NCBI RefSeq assembly: GCF_009914755.1
Contig: NC_060937.1
From: the human T2T-CHM13v2.0 reference genome, Homo sapiens
Direction: 5' to 3' (one strand)
Length of the DNA stretch: 64,000 bases
A program made the translations under genes and the position numbers. Shown here piece by piece: positions 58,734 to 64,000 of the stretch; the first letter of the stretch is position 1, and each line of letters opens with the position of its first letter. The notes under the pieces were generated by a model, which saw only the letters and a list, made by a program, of their open reading frames with translations, did no database searches and had not been told where the DNA came from.

Positions 58734-60489
58734 CCCAAATAAATAAAGGGAGATAATCAAATCTACATCTAACAACATAAGTTTTTTGTTTGATACGTGT
58801 TGGGACTAACAAAACAAATGGGTAGGGTTTTAATTGCATGTCTTCCTTAACATAAATATGACTCTGCATAGTTTCATGTGAAATTTGATGAGACCCAGAA
58901 AGCTATAGAAAAACCACATGAATTAAATAAAAAACTACGTTTTCTGAAGGGGAAAGGAAAAATGCACACACAAAAAATCTAACAAATATTAGACTCTAAA
59001 TATGGTGAAGATATGATAATATTTTACATATATTTTACTTATGTAAGTATAATAATCATCCTGATGTGTTTGTACATATTCAAAACCTGATTTTACTGTA
59101 TCACATTTCAGAAGAAAGAAAATTGAATTAAATAAAAATGCTTTAGCTCAACTTGACTTGCATAGAATTGTAAGAACAATAAGATTTGCATCAAGAATAA
59201 ATCATGTTTAAAAATTTTGAAAATGATTTTGTTCCTGATAGATTTTATTTACTGACAGCCTCTGAATGCCTTTCAGCTTAAAGAAAGAAAAGAAAAATAA
59301 TAGATAGAAATGTTAATTCTGCTTTTTCTAAATAATGAAATTCTTGGCAAGTGCTTCAGCAAATGATATCATGAACGGATCCCGTGGCATTGTGGAGTAG
59401 ATGTTCAACTTTCAAGCTAAGATTCCAGCAAGAGTAAGCCATGTCATTTCAGTTGCCTTCAGTTCCTAATGGTGGCCCACTGGTCTTTTTGTCAAACTGA
59501 TGAATTATCAAGTCAGCAGAAATTATTAGCTTAACTTTCTGCCCTGTTACTTCAAACCGTATAGAGATATAGTCAAGAGTAAGAAATAAAAATCACACAA
59601 GCGAAAAAGAAATTAAGTAAAGCAATGAAAACTTCGCAGTCCTCTAGATAATTTTTTGAAACTCAATGAGCAAAATAATCAGCCCTAATATAAATATGTG
59701 CATAAAGGAGTTTAGCCAATTCCGTTTTGGATGAATCAGTTGGGTTAACATAACCACGGTGACAGAAAAAGCAAATTCACCTAAAACGAATAATCTAGGC
59801 AACCGAAGAAATAAGGCGTAAACAAACTTTAGCAGTGGCCTCTATATCTTTTTAATATTTGTATTTTAATAATTTTAGAAGTTGAAATTTAAGATCCAAG
59901 GCATTTCTTTAGCTACTAATATACTCCGGAATGTTCCTTTCCACATTCTTAGTCTCTCATAATTAACTGGTTTTAGTACTTTTATTCCGTGTTCATATTC
60001 ACATAAAAAAGTACTTGAGTACATTCAGAAAAACAATTTAAAAATAATACATGAGTTTATACAGTCCTTCCTACTTTTAATATGCCACACAACATCAACA
60101 AATCTAAGAAAAATAGAAATAAGGAAAATTAAGTGCAAACATGAGAATGCTTATCATGATATGAAAATAAATGCCATATGCAGAAAAAGGTAGAAAAAGA
60201 AAACAAGAGAAAAAGGAAGAAAAAGAAAGCAAGAGGTTTTCTTTTAACGTCCATATAGAGCTTTAACTTTTGCTGTAGTTTATATTTCCTATTGTTTTAT
60301 CCATTTTGCAGTGAAATGGTCAGTAGAAAATGGCCATAAGTTGAAATTTGCGTTTCGGTAAAAATGACCTTCTACTTGGCTAGCACGCCAATAGCTGGAA
60401 TCTTGAAGCAGCAGTGCTGCGGTGAGCTGGGAGTTTTAGGGGAAATAGTCACTGAAGAAAGTCTGTATTCATAGATCAATGCTCATTAC

Positions 60490-60562
60490 CTGGTCTTCAC
60501 TGAAGTTGTAAATTTATTTCACTGATCCTTCTCGCCACTGATTCTATGCAACTCTCACCTAC
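60490..60562 (-). other. Candidate internal exon (73 nt), minus strand
   Basis: Minus strand: atttcattgatttgtatctatttag|GTAGG ... ACCAG|gtaatg. Splice signals only. Confidence 0.3.
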
Positions 60563-61758
60563 CTAAATAGATACAAATCAATGAAATAATTTACTCAAGA
60601 GCCCTGCTTAATCTATTTCCATATACTTTATCAAAAACTGAACAGGTTTTCTAACTTTTTCACTGTTATTTCATTCTATAATAATTATAGTGTTAATTAA
60701 AATATATATTAATTCAGTTTAATTAATTTTCATAATAAATGTTCCAATTTAAACATTTTCATGTTTAAAATTACTATAGTTTTTTTAAGGAATTCAGAGG
60801 CATCAAATATTTATATATATTTTTTGATCTATGAGTGCCTTAAACAACCACTTTGAAGTTGCATCATTATTTCTACTACCACTGTTGATCAATTTACACT
60901 TGCTTGTAGAACCACTTCAATTTGTGTAGATGCCTTTAACTTTTGCTTGTCAGTAGTAGCCTTTTGGGAGTGGAAATCGAAAATAGCCAATGCTGTTTAT
61001 ATTAAAAGTCATCAGAGCTCACTTTAGTTCTGTAATATATGTTAAGACTTTCAAACTGTATTGAAAATCTATTGATGGTCAGTCTGCTAGCTTAAGGATG
61101 TGAGGTGTTGTTAAAAAAAAAATGTAATTAAGAGATAAGCCAAAGAAATTCAGAAACTCTGAACAACTTCCAGGAGCAGTCCCTATGAGCAAGCCAATCC
61201 AGTTTCACTTTGTGAATGAATAGTCATGATAACTAACTACTACTGAGCACCTGTTTTGTCCAGGCACATTTATATTACTTATCTCTTTTAAGCCTCCAAT
61301 GTTGCCACGAAGTATTCTTCTTGCATGAGGTGTCACGTACAAATACATCATTGACCTCCCTGTGTCACCTGGAGCCAAAGCTCATCCCTAAACCATGGCT
61401 TTGCCCTAAGATCCTGTGCCTTTTCTCCACATTAAAAATAAAAATTAAAAATCTATATTTTATTAAAATATTCCCATAGACCCTCTTCTCCTTTACCTCC
61501 AAAATATTGAATAACACAGCAAAGTCATGGAACAAAATGTAACATGACAAACGAACTCTGAGACATTCGCTAGATCTTCCTGATCATTTTGATTTTTTCA
61601 TTTAAGATTGAGTGATTCTACAAATATCTTGGAGTATGGAGAAAATCCATTCAACTCTTCAAGTGTGTCTGAGACCTAGGGATCCCACTGTGCCTCGGAG
61701 CCAGCTTGTGTAATTTGTAATCAGAAGATGCTTGAGTTCCATCATTTGCATTACCTAC

Positions 61759-61837
61759 CTGTGTGACCCAGGACAAAATAACCAGGTGATTTTCTTCTGA
61801 GTTTAATCTGAATGTCTTGTCTGTGGTAAACATAGCC
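61759..61837 (-). other. Candidate internal exon (79 nt), minus strand
   Basis: Minus strand: tttttattcttgagatactgtacttcag|GGCTATG ... CACAG|gtaggt, with an alternative donor 4 nt downstream (|gtaatg). Confidence 0.3.
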
Positions 61838-62323
61838 CTGAAGTACAGTATCTCAAGAATAAAAACCATAGTTCATATTTTGTTTCATGCCTTAAGTTTT
61901 ATTCCAAGGCTAAGAAGATTATCTATACATTTTCTCATTATTTGGAGAATTTCTAGAATTTGTAGCTGTTTGATAGTTCTTATAAATGTCATGAAGACAT
62001 TGCTTGAAAACTATACTTAGTTATTTTCCTTCCCCCCCACTGAAAGTCTTTTTATTCATTGTCACCCAATACCTACCTGCTATATTAGGTTTTTTATAAA
62101 CATTGTTAAAGCTTGGAAGATGGAGATTCTGCCTGTTTCAAAATTGTGATTTATTCATTAATGGAGATATTTTGAGAGTCTGTTTCCCTTGTCAAAGTAG
62201 ATATGGTTTTTAAATGACCATGCTGCTCTAACTTTGACAAACAAGTAGGATCATTCATCATTATGGTATACATGTGCTGTTATGGACTACATAATGTTTT
62301 GGTTGAAGTTTTATTTGCAAGCG

Positions 62324-62324
<1 letters not shown>

Positions 62325-62361
<37 letters not shown>

Positions 62362-62369
62362 ATATATAT
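62325..62369. repeat. (TG)16 followed by a short (TA)n microsatellite
   Basis: Seen directly in the sequence. Confidence 0.97.
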
Positions 62370-62453
62370 CTTTATATCTCTCTAAAGATATGCCATAGTA
62401 TATAACCCTAACGCCTCATATATGCATATGCACACTTATGAAATTAAATACCT

Positions 62454-62760
62454 GGCTGGGTGTGGTATCTCACGCCTGTAATCCCAACACTTTGGGAGGC
62501 CTAATCGGCGGATCTCCCAAGGTCAGGAGTTCAAGACTAGCCTGGCCAACATGGCGACACCACGTCTCTACTAAAAATACACAAATTAGCCAGGCGTGGT
62601 GGCACAAGCCTGTAGTCCCAGCTACTCGAGAGGCTTGAGGCAGGAGAATCGCTTGAACCCAGGAAGTGGAGGTTGCAGTGAGCAGAGATCTTGCCGCTGC
62701 ATTCCAGCTTGAGCAACAGAGCAAGATGCCATCTCAAAAAACAAACAAACACACAGAAAA
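62454..62760 (+). mobile_element. Full-length AluS (Sx/Sz-like)
   Basis: ggctgggtgtgg...aaggtcaggagttcaagactagcctggccaacatgg...(CAAA)n tail. Perfect TSD gaaattaaatacct (62440-62453, 62761-62774). Confidence 0.96.
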
Positions 62761-63044
62761 GAAATTAAATACCTGACTGCAGTTCTAAATAAATAAAACA
62801 AAATGCAGCTTTCAGTTCTGTGTTGATTTAATGCTTTGAGTAGCAGGAAAATTGTAAATGTCTTTGTTACTGAGAAAGAATGTAAATCATGCTTCAGACT
62901 GGTTAACGTTTTTGATGTTGTTCAGATATCAAATACCATATGCCAATTCAGGTATTTGGCACATGGGTCTGGCATCCAATTGCTTATTTCATTTATGTTT
63001 TTTTCCCCCGGAAAAAAGTATGTACTTATTCATTCATATGAAAC

Positions 63045-63135
63045 CTCCTTTCCCCCTCATTCCCTGACTCTATCCCTCCCTTCTTCCCTCCCTCCCTCAC
63101 TCCCCTCTTTCCTTCCTTCTTTCCTGTCATTCTTT
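63045..63135. repeat. CT-rich low-complexity tract (CCCT/CCTT)
   Basis: tccctcccttcttccctccctccctcactcccctctttccttccttctttcc. Confidence 0.85.
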
Positions 63136-64000
63136 TGTTTCTGCTATCTGCCTATTTTCTTTTGTTTTAATGACTACAGGTTCTAGTACCTAAGGTACCA
63201 ATTTATTGGTAAGAAACCAAATTACTTTTTGTAATGATGCCATTTAAAAGAACAACTTTCACTTACTGCCTTGTGAGAGAGGGGAAAAATACTATCTTTT
63301 TAATGCAAGAAAAGTTCAATATAACGTATCACCAAATGTAAATGCAATAAAGAATGACATTGAACTCTATGTTATTTGCCATTTAGCTTAGCAGTACCAA
63401 CATATTCCAGAAACTGAAATTTCTCTATTGCAGATAAAAAGAATAATAAACAGGGAAATCTATGCCATACATTTATGAAACAAATATTGTTTTCTTGGTT
63501 TTCAACTTGCTTGCAGAAATAATTATTTTAATATTGTAGTTCATTAGCCAGTATACGGTAGACATCCTCTACAGGAAAAACTAAACAAGATGATGATTAC
63601 AAAGGAGCAGGGGCTGAACTTATTTGTTCAAAATGAACATATGCACAACCTTAAGCATGCTCAAGTGTGTGCCAGGAAAACTACTACAAAGAATCAACGG
63701 ATGTAGTGAAATCTGCATCATCAGTGATTGTTTCTGAGCTTGGGAAAGGAGTCGTTGCCTATTTGGATCCTCTGCCTGACCCCAGAAGAAGCTGCTTTGC
63801 TTCAACATGTCCAGTGGAAATATTGCGGGAAAGTGGTTACACACTTACACTAATAAATACTAGGCACTGAAATCATTCTCCTGTAATAAGAATAGATGAA
63901 CATGACAAAGAAAATATTCCGCCAGAATTAGAGACTATTCCAATGCTGGCTGACTTGATGGGGAGAAAGGACTCATTCCCCTTCCCTCCTTACCGTTCCT

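Overview
This is AT-rich, CpG-depleted primate (catarrhine, human-like) genomic DNA, either intronic or intergenic. No intact protein-coding gene, tRNA, rRNA, CRISPR array or prokaryotic system can be supported. The longer ORFs in the track are decayed transposon proteins (L1 ORF1p/ORF2p, ERVL Pol) or chance reading frames through Alu and LTR sequence. The window is dominated by interspersed repeats. A near full-length old L1 on the minus strand (1-~10240) carries nested insertions of a second L1, a near full-length Tigger1 and three Alu-type elements. There is also a ~3.4 kb ERVL-class gag/pol relic (~29930-33340), several MaLR/ERVL solo LTRs (THE1, MSTA x2, MLT1, MLT2A), further L1, L2 and MIR relics, and DNA-transposon fossils (MER44, MER58, MER47A, Tigger2a, MADE1). 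The most notable non-repeat signal is a chain of four co-oriented minus-strand exon-like segments in the repeat-poor 56.7-61.8 kb region. It is a candidate spliced lncRNA with a possible small ORF and is bracketed by inverted Alus. Other signals are a miR-548-like MADE1 hairpin, an intact MLT2A solo LTR and a few motif-dense candidate enhancers. I found no convincing new biological system. Subfamily names come from recalled consensus sequences and need RepeatMasker/Dfam confirmation, and boundaries of old repeats are approximate.
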